Counted from the stretch's first letter, positions 1 to 10,172 are shown. The stretch is 64,000 nucleotides of DNA from Limosilactobacillus sp. (GCF_041859915.1 NZ_JBFLGB010000002.1:2097-66096); one strand, 5' to 3'. Notes: generated from the sequence alone by a model not told the origin. A program made the numbers and translations.

Positions 1-730
1 CGTTTAGTAATCGCTTCATAGCCAAGATATGGGCATCCGCTAAATCGAGAACGTGAACGTAATCTCGAACGTTAGTTCCGTCTTTCGTTGGGTAATCATC
101 TCCAAAGATCTGGAGCTTCGATCGTTTACCCAAAGCAACTTGCAAGATAATTGGAATCAAATGGGTCTCTGGGCTATGGTCTTCACCAATACTACCATCG
201 AGCTTGGCACCACCCACGTTAAAGTAACGGAGCGCGATGAAATGAATCCCGTAAGCCTGATCGGACCACTGCATAATCTTTTCCATCATTAACTTGGTTT
301 CACCATACGGATTAGTAGGAATTTGCGGATCCGTTTCTTTAATCGGAATTCGTTTCGGTTCACCATAAGTCGCAGCTGATGATGAGAAGACAATCCGTTT
401 AACATGATGCTTATGCATTACTTCCAATAAAGTAATGGTACCTTTGACATTATCATCAAAATACTTCAAGGGATTTTTCATTGATTCAGGAACGATCGAC
501 ACGGAAGCAAAATGAATTACACCGGCAATTGATTCCCTATCAAAGACTTGATTTAAGAAATCCTGATCACGGATATCACCCTGATAAAAACGGGCTTTTG
601 AATTAATAGCTTGACGATGCCCCGTCATTAAATTATCCACCACGACGACGTCAAAGCCATGATGAATTAAACGATCAACAGTATGGGAACCAATGTACCC
701 GGCTCCTCCGGTAACTAAAATAGTTGTCAT
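1..730 (-). CDS. galE: UDP-glucose 4-epimerase (runs off the left window edge)
   Basis: Manual translation: [16 protein letters not shown]...FSSSAATYG...NPYGETKL...LRYFNV...RDYVHV; SD AGGAGA 7 nt upstream of ATG at 730. Confidence 0.93.
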   Translation of the reverse strand, partial: MTTILVTGGAGYIGSHTVDRLIHHGFDVVVVDNLMTGHRQAINSKARFYQGDIRDQDFLNQVFDRESIAGVIHFASVSIVPESMKNPLKYFDDNVKGTITLLEVMHKHHVKRIVFSSSAATYGEPKRIPIKETDPQIPTNPYGETKLMMEKIMQWSDQAYGIHFIALRYFNVGGAKLDGSIGEDHSPETHLIPIILQVALGKRSKLQIFGDDYPTKDGTNVRDYVHVLDLADAHILAMKRLLN

Positions 731-901
731 CAACATTTCTCCTAAATCCGTTTTAATTATTGACTTAAATCCTTAATAATAATTGTAATATATTTTACTA
801 AAAATGTTTACCGTCCAGCTTATAACTATTAGTAATACTTAGTATTCAAAAGAAACAAAAAAGGCCACTTTACATATAAAAGCGACCTTAATAATCATAA
901 T

Positions 902-1876
902 TTAGGATGATTTACTAATTACTTGTAGCAATTGATTAATCTGCTTCGCTTGTTGATCAATTTCATGATTAGATAAGACTTGGTAATCCTGACCACTAAT
1001 CTGTTTACTGTAACCTTGATAATGCGTCGAGATTTCATGATCACGAGTCCCACGATAACGCAGAGCTAAATTGGCTAAATCTTGTAAAGATAAATTCGTC
1101 TTTACATACTTAGTAAGTTTTTTAGCTAACGTTGGGTGAAAAATTAAATTGTGAACGGTAGTAACCTGATGGATTAACTGAAATAAGACTTGGCGTTGAC
1201 GTAATTGACGACCATAATCGCCTTTTGGATCATCATAACGCATCTGGCAGTATTCCCTGACTTTACTACCTTTTATTCGAACTGGGTGATTCTTTTTCAC
1301 GTGAAGTGATCCATACTTAAATGATAGCGGAGGATTCACACGAACCCCACCGACATCGGTCGTTAGATGTTCAAGGCCACCTAGATTAATCAACATGTAA
1401 CCATTTATCGGCACATTCAACCATAAATGAATGTAATTCTGGGTAAACGGTGCGCCCTTAAATTCATATGCCGAATTAATCTTAGCATCATGGCCATCGA
1501 GCCAAACTAATGAATCACGAGGTACGCTAGTTACTCGCATCGTTCGTCTTTCAGGACTCAAGGTATTCATCATAATTTCATCCGTCCGACCATACCGTTC
1601 GGTTCGATGAATTGCTCCAGTATCAGTTCCCATAATGAGAATATTAACAGGTTGTGAAAAACGAAGCCGGGTTGCCGTATTTCTGGTTACTCCCTGACTG
1701 GAATAGCTATTATGTTGAAAGGAATAACCGTTAATTAAAGCAATCGCAACATAAAAAAGAATCACTAAACCAATCACGCTAAAGATCAATTTAGTAAATA
1801 TATGGCGGTGTCGACGATGACGAATCCTTTTCTTATGAATTCCCATAACGTGTTGAGAATTACGATGCTTTGACAT
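902..1876 (-). CDS. LCP (LytR-CpsA-Psr) family cell-wall glycopolymer transferase
   Basis: Single N-terminal TM; NILIMGTD, GRTD, SVPRDS, KINSAY and DYGRQLRQRQV motifs. Confidence 0.9.
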   Translation of the reverse strand: MSKHRNSQHVMGIHKKRIRHRRHRHIFTKLIFSVIGLVILFYVAIALINGYSFQHNSYSSQGVTRNTATRLRFSQPVNILIMGTDTGAIHRTERYGRTDEIMMNTLSPERRTMRVTSVPRDSLVWLDGHDAKINSAYEFKGAPFTQNYIHLWLNVPINGYMLINLGGLEHLTTDVGGVRVNPPLSFKYGSLHVKKNHPVRIKGSKVREYCQMRYDDPKGDYGRQLRQRQVLFQLIHQVTTVHNLIFHPTLAKKLTKYVKTNLSLQDLANLALRYRGTRDHEISTHYQGYSKQISGQDYQVLSNHEIDQQAKQINQLLQVISKSS

Positions 1877-1993
1877 AGTGCTGATTTCTCCTTAAATATC
1901 TTATTTTTAATCTCGATAGTTAGTTTAAATATAAATAAATTTCCTCTCAATATTAGTAGTTTATCACACTTGAAAGCATTTCAAGGATTATTG

Positions 1994-2695
1994 TTATCGC
2001 AGAATCATAATCAGCAACGGAATCACCGACAAAAAGTTATTCAAGGCGTGCATCAGCATCGATGCTCGGATATTGTTACTACGTTTATAAACATATCCTA
2101 GGAACATCCCTAACGAAACGTACACGGCAAAGCTAATCCAGGTCGACGTCAAATGACCACTGGCAAAGACCAACCCACTAACGATCATCGGCCACCACAA
2201 TCGTTTTGGACCGAAGAACGCATCCATGATGTAACCACGGAAAACGAATTCCTCTAGGATTGGTGACAGGCAGACCATACTGATGGTCATAATAATCAGA
2301 ACGGTTCGATTACGTTCCAATAACTGCATAATCACATCGTTATTTTTACTTGAAAGTTGACCGTTCAACTTGTAATTAAGGTAATTTAAAATAAATTCAA
2401 CTACTAGGGCTAAAGCATAGACTTTAATGATTAGCCACAAATCCTGCTTAGTGACTTTACGGATCGGGTGATGGGTGTGATCTAAATAGACTTTCCGAGC
2501 AATTAAGATGGCAACGATGAATGAGACAAAGTAAATGATGACGTAGACGGTGTTGTGTAAAACGCTGGCGTTATCATTTATAAAACGAATCGGTAACTGG
2601 ACAAAACCGACCATTAGATATAGTAGTAGTAAAACGATAATTTTAGGTACGTAATTATGAATCCACTCTAAAACATTGGTTGATACGTGCTTCAT
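1994..2695 (-). CDS. CPBP/CAAX (Abi) intramembrane metalloprotease
   Basis: PILEEFVFRG, FASGH and HALNN motifs; multiple TM segments. Confidence 0.9.
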   Translation of the reverse strand: MKHVSTNVLEWIHNYVPKIIVLLLLYLMVGFVQLPIRFINDNASVLHNTVYVIIYFVSFIVAILIARKVYLDHTHHPIRKVTKQDLWLIIKVYALALVVEFILNYLNYKLNGQLSSKNNDVIMQLLERNRTVLIIMTISMVCLSPILEEFVFRGYIMDAFFGPKRLWWPMIVSGLVFASGHLTSTWISFAVYVSLGMFLGYVYKRSNNIRASMLMHALNNFLSVIPLLIMILR

Positions 2696-2791
2696 GTATA
2701 GACCCTCTCAAATTATATAAAATAAAAGCGCTGAAATAACTTCAACGCTTTTAATTCTAACTTATTTTTATTTTCAGCACCAAACGCGAAT

Positions 2792-3304
2792 TTATTTTAA
2801 TGCGTTAACGATGGCTGGATTAAACTTATCTAAGTCAGCAGGTGTTCGGCTAGTGTATAAATTATGCTTCTTATCAACCACTAATGCCTGATCCTTAACA
2901 CGAGCACCAGCATAGAATAAGTCAGTTCGAATCGTGGTATAAGCAGTCAGAGTTAACTGATTAGCTAAACCTGTCTGCATAAAGAACTGTGGACCATGGC
3001 AGATAGCAAAGACTGGTTTGTTAGACATTAAGAATGCCTTAACGAAGTTAACGAAACGATCGTCGACCCTTAATTGATCAGGTGAAAAGCCACCTGGTAA
3101 GAGTAAGGCATCATAATCGCTTGGTTTAACATCATCGATGGACTTATCGACCTTGGCTTTAGTACCGTGTTCACCAACGATGGTGGCACCAGCTTTCTTT
3201 TCGATAACGTCAACACTGTTACCGGCATCTTCCAATGCCTTGCGTGGTGACGTTAATTCTGAATCTTCAAACTGATTAGTTACGAGTGCAGCAACTTTAC
3301 TCAT
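2792..3304 (-). CDS. DJ-1/PfpI family type 1 glutamine amidotransferase-like protein
   Basis: FEDSE, LLPGG, AICHGP and TSRTPADL motifs; SD AGGAG upstream of ATG 3304. Confidence 0.9.
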   Translation of the reverse strand: MSKVAALVTNQFEDSELTSPRKALEDAGNSVDVIEKKAGATIVGEHGTKAKVDKSIDDVKPSDYDALLLPGGFSPDQLRVDDRFVNFVKAFLMSNKPVFAICHGPQFFMQTGLANQLTLTAYTTIRTDLFYAGARVKDQALVVDKKHNLYTSRTPADLDKFNPAIVNALK

Positions 3305-3475
3305 ATCAATCACTCCTTAATAATGTCTACTTTCATTCTACAGGAGACCATGATTTTTACGCAACCAAAAAGGCTTACTTTTAATAAGCCCGTTCACATC
3401 TCGATTCGACTGTTAAAGATAACAAAATCATATATAATAATGGTAAAAGACGATTGGGAAGGCTAAAAATTCGAC

Positions 3476-4153
3476 ATGAAAAAACTAATCATTAACCACT
3501 GGTACGACCTAAACGCATTAATTGCCGTTCTAATGGTTATCCTTATTATTACCCAGAAAGGTAGTTTTGATTTTCAGCAACGGGTAATCCTCTTTGAGTT
3601 TGCCTTTATGAACGCACATCTATTTGAAGAATACGGTCATTCAGGAACGATGCCTGGAACCTTAAACGTTGCGTTGTATCATAACCGGCAAGCACCGTTG
3701 GTATACCCATTCAATCAATTATCGGCGATCATCTGTAACTACCTATTTATGATTATTCTATGGTTGTTACCAGCATTCGAACCTGAATGGAACTGGGCAA
3801 TCTTGGGTGCGATCTTTTGGGGCTTCATCGAATTTCTGCTCCATTTGGTTTACTACCCACACAAGACTCACTCTACAATGAGTGGTGGCATCCTAACCGC
3901 TTTAATGGGCTTCCTACCGTGTGGCATAATCTACATGGCGTTTGCTATTAACGCTGGTAAGATCAGCATTATTAGTGCAACAGTTGGCTTAATCTACCCG
4001 ATTATCTTATACATGATTATCTTTAGGTGGCTCGGTGCCAAGGTTTTAGCTACACCTGCACCTAAGTATCCATTTACCGTTAACCAAATTGCACGTTACG
4101 TTAAAAACATTAAAGAACACCCAACTACTCATCATAAGGTTGGGACGTTATAA
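3476..4153 (+). CDS. HXXEE domain-containing membrane protein
   Basis: HLFEEY motif, multiple TM segments, later H and G motifs. Confidence 0.75.
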   Translation: MKKLIINHWYDLNALIAVLMVILIITQKGSFDFQQRVILFEFAFMNAHLFEEYGHSGTMPGTLNVALYHNRQAPLVYPFNQLSAIICNYLFMIILWLLPAFEPEWNWAILGAIFWGFIEFLLHLVYYPHKTHSTMSGGILTALMGFLPCGIIYMAFAINAGKISIISATVGLIYPIILYMIIFRWLGAKVLATPAPKYPFTVNQIARYVKNIKEHPTTHHKVGTL

Positions 4154-4180
4154 CTGTTAAAACTGTTAGGACTGATTAAC

Positions 4181-5461
4181 ATTAACAAAGAAAAATTAGG
4201 CTTTTGGAGCATTGTATTACTAGGAATTAATGCCATCATTGGTTCTGGGATCTTCCTGTTACCAAATTTCGGCATGAAGTCGTTTGGTCCGGCCAGCATT
4301 CTAGTCTTGTTTGTCGATGCATTTCTGGCTTGCACGATTGGAATGTGCTTTGCTGAATGTTCCGGATTATTTAGTGAAACTGGTGGCGCTTATATTTACG
4401 CTCGCCAGGCATTCGGTAACTTTTTCGGTTACGAAGTTGGGATCGCAGCTTGGGTAATCAGGATTATCGCTGAAGCTACTATGTATATGGCTTTTGCCAC
4501 GGCACTAGGCGGTTTCTTTCCTGCTTTAAATTCGCCGTTTGCGCATGACGTCATCGTTACAATTATGGGTGTCTTCTTGATGGCCATTAATATTGCTGGA
4601 ATCAGGGTTTCGTCCGTCCTTAATAACGTCGTTACGGTTGGTAAGCTGGTACCCATCCTGTTAGTAATTGTGGTTGGTCTAGCTTTCTTGCATCCCGCTA
4701 ACTTCCACCCGTTCTTCATCACCAAATTAACGACCATGCATAACTTCTCCAACACGGCCATTACGCTCTTCTACATCTTTACCGGTGTTGAAGGACTAGT
4801 CGTATCAGCTGGTGAAATGAACAACGTTAAGAAAAACTTACCTCGTGCAATCTTGATCGTTCTAGGTGTCGTTACGTTAATTTACGTCCTAGTGATGGTT
4901 GCCTGTGTTGGTGTTATGGGCACTAAGTTAGCTAACACTTCCGTCCCGTTACAATCCACCATGGACACCGCAATTGGTCACTGGGGCGGTGCCATCATCG
5001 CCATTGGATCGATTCTATCAATTGGTGGAATCGGGGTCGCAGCCACGTTTATTACACCCCGTTCAATGATTGCGTTATCTGATCACGGCATTATGCCGAA
5101 GTCGTTCGCCAAACGAAACCGTTGGAACGCACCATACGTTTCAATCATTGTTTGCACGGTTCTAACGTTACTGTTAGCTTACTCCGGGACTTTTACCAAG
5201 TTAGCTCAGATTAGTGCTGTTTCAAGATTTGCTCAATACATCCCAACCTGTATCGCTGTGATGGTCTTCCGGAAAACGATGCCAAAAGCAAAACGAGCCT
5301 TTAAGTTACCACTGGGCTACACAATTCCAATCATTGCGTTAGCCGTGTCCGCATGGTTATTGGTTGAAACCAACGTTGAAGAACTACTGTGGGGCCTTGG
5401 TGCATTAGTAATTGCTGTTCCGTTCTACTTCATTACCCGCGAATATCGTCATAAAATATAG
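4181..5461 (+). CDS. APC family amino acid permease (probable ATT start at 4181; first ATG at 4274)
   Basis: In-frame KLGFWSIVLLGINAIIGSGIFLLP lies upstream of the first ATG; GGAYIY and FTGVE motifs; ~12 TM. Confidence 0.85.
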   Translation: MNKEKLGFWSIVLLGINAIIGSGIFLLPNFGMKSFGPASILVLFVDAFLACTIGMCFAECSGLFSETGGAYIYARQAFGNFFGYEVGIAAWVIRIIAEATMYMAFATALGGFFPALNSPFAHDVIVTIMGVFLMAINIAGIRVSSVLNNVVTVGKLVPILLVIVVGLAFLHPANFHPFFITKLTTMHNFSNTAITLFYIFTGVEGLVVSAGEMNNVKKNLPRAILIVLGVVTLIYVLVMVACVGVMGTKLANTSVPLQSTMDTAIGHWGGAIIAIGSILSIGGIGVAATFITPRSMIALSDHGIMPKSFAKRNRWNAPYVSIIVCTVLTLLLAYSGTFTKLAQISAVSRFAQYIPTCIAVMVFRKTMPKAKRAFKLPLGYTIPIIALAVSAWLLVETNVEELLWGLGALVIAVPFYFITREYRHKI

Positions 5462-5483
5462 TTAATTAATCTTAATTAGTTTG

Positions 5484-5519
5484 GTCTCGTGATTTGTAAA
5501 TCACGAGGCCTTTCTTTTT
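5484..5519 (+). terminator. Rho-independent terminator
   Basis: gtctcgtgattt-gt-aaatcacgaggc hairpin followed by a T-run. Confidence 0.7.
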
Positions 5520-5576
5520 ACAATCTTTTCACTTGGCGATACGTTAAAGCTGGATAACATCTTGAAGGTGAGAATA

Positions 5577-6200
5577 ATGAAGACAATTTCTGTAAAACAA
5601 GCTCAGCAGGCTGATTTAAAGACTCAAAAAGAAGTCGGCATCCCCGGTTTAGTATTAATGGAACGTGCCGCTTTGAAAGCTGCCGATAATTTATGGCACA
5701 CGAACTGGAACTTGAATCACGTCTTAGTTGTCGCCGGTTCTGGCAACAATGGTGGTGATGGTTTAGCCGTTGCTCGATTGTTAGCTGTTAAGGGCGTTCA
5801 CGTTGATATCCTATTATTAGGTAATCCTAAGCATTACTCTGATGAACACCAGACTCAGTTACATACTTGTAAGTACTACCATGTTCCAGTCGTCGACCCA
5901 AAGAACGTTGACTGGAAGAAGTACACCGTAATTATTGACGCTATTTTCGGAACGGGACTTTCTCGTCCGGTTGCCGGTAATTACGTTGACTTCATCAAGA
6001 AGGTCAACCAGGCTCCAGCCAGAGTTCAAGCGATTGACATCCCATCTGGCTTAAACGGTAGTACCGGTAAAGTCATGGGTGTTAGTGTTAAAGCTGACTT
6101 AACATCTACCTTTGCCTACGCTAAGAATGGCATGGTGAAGCCCGAAGCTAAGCCATACATTGGTAAATTAATCGTTAATGATATTGGTATCTACTGTTAA
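5577..6200 (+). CDS. nnrE: NAD(P)H-hydrate epimerase (stand-alone YjeF-N)
   Basis: LMERA, GSGNNGGDGL, DAIFGTG, AIDIPSG and DIGI motifs. Confidence 0.9.
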   Translation: MKTISVKQAQQADLKTQKEVGIPGLVLMERAALKAADNLWHTNWNLNHVLVVAGSGNNGGDGLAVARLLAVKGVHVDILLLGNPKHYSDEHQTQLHTCKYYHVPVVDPKNVDWKKYTVIIDAIFGTGLSRPVAGNYVDFIKKVNQAPARVQAIDIPSGLNGSTGKVMGVSVKADLTSTFAYAKNGMVKPEAKPYIGKLIVNDIGIYC

Positions 6201-6220
6201 TGAGTAGTCATCCCAAAATA

Positions 6221-6263
6221 AAAAGAGTCCCGATATTAATTATTCAATATCGGGACTCTTTTT
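6221..6263. terminator. Bidirectional terminator
   Basis: aaaagagtcccgatatt...aatatcgggactctttt between convergent genes. Confidence 0.8.
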
Positions 6264-6279
6264 AATTTATTATAATTAA

Positions 6280-6957
6280 TTATTCTTTTTTCAAAGTCAG
6301 TTCACCCCAGTGAAGAATATCGAACTTGCTGGTGGTGTGGGATCGTTTAACCTGAATCCCATCTAAGGTATCAAGATAGTTGTAGATTCGGTTAACGTTC
6401 TTCTGGTTACTTACCAGAACGAAACTACCGTATTGTTTAAGAACTCGAATAATTTCGTGATAGATTTGATGAACATCTTCGGTATCACGGTCGTCCATAA
6501 AGCTGTCCTTGGTGTCCATCGCGGTAATTAAATTGAACGAATCGTTTGGAAACGGTAAATGTCGAACGTCCCCGTGAATGACGTTGATTCGATTATTAAC
6601 GTGTTCCTTCTTGGCGTTCTTACGAGCCTTGTTAATTACGTACTGATTCTTGCTTTCGATCCCAGTCACAAAAGCAACCGGTCCAGCAGCCTTAGTAACA
6701 TGCGTTAGGAAGAAATCTTTACCAGTACCGACATCTAAGATTTTCGAAGCCGTCCGTAGATCCAAGTGACGAATAATGTTTTGAACCCAGGTGTACTTAC
6801 GGATCGTATAGGCCATGATGATAACAGCTAACAGTAACAGTAAGATCCCTAACAGCCAGGAAAAATCATAATCAAATAAAATCAAAATAATTCCTAAGAT
6901 AACGGATGTCCAGGTAATAACTGGAGCGTCGACACCGTACCGCAACAATTTTTTCAT
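6280..6957 (-). CDS. Class I SAM-dependent methyltransferase with N-terminal TM segments
   Basis: ILDVGTG, GDVRHLPF and EIIRVLKxxG motifs. Confidence 0.8.
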   Translation of the reverse strand: MKKLLRYGVDAPVITWTSVILGIILILFDYDFSWLLGILLLLLAVIIMAYTIRKYTWVQNIIRHLDLRTASKILDVGTGKDFFLTHVTKAAGPVAFVTGIESKNQYVINKARKNAKKEHVNNRINVIHGDVRHLPFPNDSFNLITAMDTKDSFMDDRDTEDVHQIYHEIIRVLKQYGSFVLVSNQKNVNRIYNYLDTLDGIQVKRSHTTSKFDILHWGELTLKKE

Positions 6958-7121
6958 ATTTCAATTACCTTCCAAATCTTCAATAATTACAATTTAATTA
7001 TAAGTCAGAAGCAACCCCGGTGCCATTGCGATTTAACAGGAACCAAAATGACCTCGTTCAGCCGGAGTGTTTCTCGCCGAACGAGGTCATTTAAGATTAG
7101 GTTTAACTCTTAAATCAACGA

Positions 7122-8126
7122 TTAATACTTAACTAATCGTTTAGACTTACCCGTTTTAATTAAGGTCTTGTTGGAATCCATTGAGAAACCAACCATGTTC
7201 TTAACGGCATTGCGGGTGTAGAAGGCAATATGTGGAGTGACAACTACATTATCACGTTTCATTAAGTTCTTTAAACGCTTATCTGGAATGGCGTTAAAGC
7301 TACCGAAGTCTTTATTAAAGACGCCGACTTCATTTTCATAGACATCCAACGCGGCTCCCTGAACCTTACCGCTGTCCAAAGCTCTGATTAACGCATCGGT
7401 ATCCAGTAATGAACCACGGGCTTCATTAATAAAGTAAACGCCCTTTTTCATTTCTGAGAACTGCTTATCACCAATCATGTGGTAGTTAGATTTCATAGCT
7501 GGAGCATGAATCGTGATCGCATCAGCTTGTTTGCAAAGGTCATCAAGGGACTTAACATAAAGGCCTTCCTTTTGTAACTGTGGGTTAGGATATGGATCAT
7601 ACGCAATGACGTGGGCATGAAAGCCATCACGTAAGATTCGCACGACGATGCGGCCGATGTGGCCGGTACCGATGACACCAACCGTCATCTTATCTAATTC
7701 ATCAGCGATGTTTGGAGCCCAGTGTAAGTTACCATGGGCTTCTTGACGTTCAAAGATCTTAATGTGACGAATTAAACGCAGAAGATCAGTCATGGCTAAT
7801 TCAGCGATGGCTTGCGGTGAGTATGCCGGAACGTTAGTTAACTTAATCCCGTTCTTCTTAAGAGCCTTGAAATCAACGTTGTCGACACCAACGTTTCGAA
7901 TCGACAATGACTTAATCCCATAGCTGCCCAACTTATCTAAAATTGAAGTCGTGTATGGTTTCTGCTGATAAGCATCGACACCATCGAAGCCTTTGGCCAT
8001 TTTTACGGTTTCATCGGTCAAAAGCTTAGGCGTCAACTTAACCTGAACATCTGGGTTATTGTTAACCCATTTTTTGAAATAGGGCATTTCATCCTGACGG
8101 ACGGCATACGCGATAATCTTTGTCAT
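7122..8126 (-). CDS. ldhD: D-lactate/D-2-hydroxyacid dehydrogenase
   Basis: RNVGVDN, NVPAYSP, GTGHIG, INEARG, LDVYENE and TPHIAFYT motifs. Confidence 0.88.
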   Translation of the reverse strand: MTKIIAYAVRQDEMPYFKKWVNNNPDVQVKLTPKLLTDETVKMAKGFDGVDAYQQKPYTTSILDKLGSYGIKSLSIRNVGVDNVDFKALKKNGIKLTNVPAYSPQAIAELAMTDLLRLIRHIKIFERQEAHGNLHWAPNIADELDKMTVGVIGTGHIGRIVVRILRDGFHAHVIAYDPYPNPQLQKEGLYVKSLDDLCKQADAITIHAPAMKSNYHMIGDKQFSEMKKGVYFINEARGSLLDTDALIRALDSGKVQGAALDVYENEVGVFNKDFGSFNAIPDKRLKNLMKRDNVVVTPHIAFYTRNAVKNMVGFSMDSNKTLIKTGKSKRLVKY

Positions 8127-8623
8127 AATAAAGCCTCCAGTACTTCTGATGGAGTGTTAATGGCGCTATTAACATTTATTATCTACTATTCTCCGACATG
8201 TCACTTTATATCATATCCATGTTGGACACGATATTTCTATCCATAAATCGTATCTGATATGTCGATATTCTGTGGGTGGCTAAAATCCTTATAATTATAC
8301 GAAAAGAGACCTACTAGTAATTAGCAGGCCTCGAAAATGTTATGAATTTTCAGCTTAATCATTTCGGTTTATTTGTAGAATATCGTATTAGACAAATTTA
8401 GTCAATAATATTATCTTTTATTTTTATAATTGTTAGCTCTTGCCCAATAATTAGTAAATTTCTTTCGCAACCTGATAACGCCTATTAAATCAACAAGTAT
8501 TTACTAAATGTCACTAATAATTACCGTAAATAAACGTTCCATTCCACAAATAGTTGCTTGAATTGTAGCTATAAGTGAGTGATATTGAGAATTGTAAAAA
8601 TTAATTCATGAGGAGAAAATACA

Positions 8624-8995
8624 ATGATTGAATTTCCAAAACAATTAAAATCATATCGACAACAACGTGGTTTATCCCAGGAAGGCTTGGCACAACAAGT
8701 CCACGTCACTAGACAAGCTGTATCTAAATGGGAAGCCGGAGAAGCCTCTCCTGATATCAAAAGCTTAGTAAGATTAGCTAGTATCTTTAACATTACCTTA
8801 GACAACCTTGTTTTAGGTCAATCGATGTCTACTAACACGAAGATCGACAGCTCCAAATTCATTTATGATCCAATTAAAAATCGATACGTGAGAAACGCTA
8901 AGAACATGAATATTTATGAGTTCTTAATTCATTACTGGTGGATTGCAGTTATTCTATTAATCGTCTTCGGTAGTGTTATTCATAGCTTTTTCTAA
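8624..8995 (+). CDS. XRE-family HTH regulator with C-terminal TM
   Basis: LSQEGLAQQVHVTRQAVSKWEAG HTH; C-terminal WWIAVILLIVFG. Confidence 0.85.
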   Translation: MIEFPKQLKSYRQQRGLSQEGLAQQVHVTRQAVSKWEAGEASPDIKSLVRLASIFNITLDNLVLGQSMSTNTKIDSSKFIYDPIKNRYVRNAKNMNIYEFLIHYWWIAVILLIVFGSVIHSFF

Positions 8996-9014
8996 TTAGA
9001 ATCGGTGATTAATA

Positions 9015-9266
9015 GTGTTAGATAAACTACTAACGTGGTGCGAAATTCATTGGATCGCACTCATTTCTTTAGCTTTAGCTGTAATTAATAACGTGGCTAG
9101 TCATACTAGCCATATATCACTCGACATAAATAAAACCCATTTAACCCTCAAATCATTCGGGCCTACGGCTTATTACAGTGATAGAATTGCCGTTATTTTA
9201 GTGTCCTGGCTATTTTTCTGGGCTCTATTTCACGGAATTAAAGCAATTGCGAAACATACTAATTAA
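9015..9266 (+). CDS. Hypothetical small membrane protein
   Basis: GTG start with SD GGTGA; two hydrophobic segments. Confidence 0.55.
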   Translation: MLDKLLTWCEIHWIALISLALAVINNVASHTSHISLDINKTHLTLKSFGPTAYYSDRIAVILVSWLFFWALFHGIKAIAKHTN

Positions 9267-9281
9267 GGAGATTAATTCCAT

Positions 9282-9332
9282 ATGTTAATCCTGATTGTAT
9301 TAGTTATTTGTGGATTTATGATGTCATTATAA
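9282..9332 (+). CDS. Putative 16-aa hydrophobic micro-peptide MLILIVLVICGFMMSL
   Basis: SD AAGGAG directly after the previous stop, ATG at 9282, TAA at 9330-9332. Confidence 0.3.
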   Translation: MLILIVLVICGFMMSL

Positions 9333-9403
9333 AACTAGGCTTTACATATTAATTAGGACTTTGCTACCATAATACCTAAATTGGAAATTAAGGAAGTAGT
9401 TTT

Positions 9404-9904
9404 ATGAATTTAAAGAAAGTTAATCCAACTGGACAGGGCTGGTGTTCAATGACCCACGCCTTTAAATTATTCTGGACCCACTATGCTGATTTTACACATA
9501 GTAGTACTCGTTCAGAATACTGGTGGTGGCAATTGTGGAATTTGATTATTAACTTGTGTTTTCTGATATTAACTATCGCTCTTACTGGCAGTACTTTCTT
9601 GAAAGTTATTGAACATGCCGACACAGTATCAAGCCCTAAATTATTCATTCGTTTTGGAATTGCCGGTGGCTTATGGTTAATTTGGCGCTTAGCTTCATTA
9701 TTGCCCCGATGGAGTTTAGAAGTTCGTCGCTTTAACGATTTAGGCTTACCAATCTGGGTCAGTATTGTACTATTAGCTGCCAGCATTGTCATTTGGTTCA
9801 GTAATAGTTCTTTCTTAGAAAGTGTTGCGTTTATTGTTGATATTGTCGCTTTCATATTTGAATTATTACCGTCAAATGCATTAGCAAAATTTACTCATAA
9901 GTAA
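9404..9904 (+). CDS. DUF805 (YhaH-like) membrane protein
   Basis: YADF..STRSEYWW and VRRFNDLG motifs. Confidence 0.85.
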   Translation: MNLKKVNPTGQGWCSMTHAFKLFWTHYADFTHSSTRSEYWWWQLWNLIINLCFLILTIALTGSTFLKVIEHADTVSSPKLFIRFGIAGGLWLIWRLASLLPRWSLEVRRFNDLGLPIWVSIVLLAASIVIWFSNSSFLESVAFIVDIVAFIFELLPSNALAKFTHK

Positions 9905-10086
9905 TTCAACAATTTTATATTTTTGTATGGTGTATTAGAATAACATATGTTGACGTATCGGTTGTATAATCAATCATACAACGATGTTTCTTACGCTTTA
10001 ATGCTTCAATCAAATCACGAAGAGCCTTTAATAAGGCAGTTACGGCACTCCTGAATGCTGTAACTGTAAATAGCGTTTCAAATACT

Positions 10087-10172
10087 AGTAACAAATATTT
10101 ATGAGGTGTCGCGGGACGATAACCTGAGACAAAAAGATGGACGCTTCAAAATTTTGAAGCGCCTTTATTTTT
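10087..10172 (+). ncRNA. Putative sRNA core, copy 1 (paralogue of 10568-10653); may extend 5' to ~9977
   Basis: ~86-nt imperfect direct repeat with internal hairpin and terminator gacgcttcaaaattttgaagcgcc plus T-run. Confidence 0.5.

Noticed and set aside
53-292. 79-aa plus-strand ORF
   Set aside because: Shadow of galE on the minus strand
8155-8174. Rex operator upstream of ldhD (tgttaat...attaaca)
   Set aside because: Half-site spacing is longer than the TTGTGAA-N4-TTCACAA consensus; treated as an RNA hairpin instead
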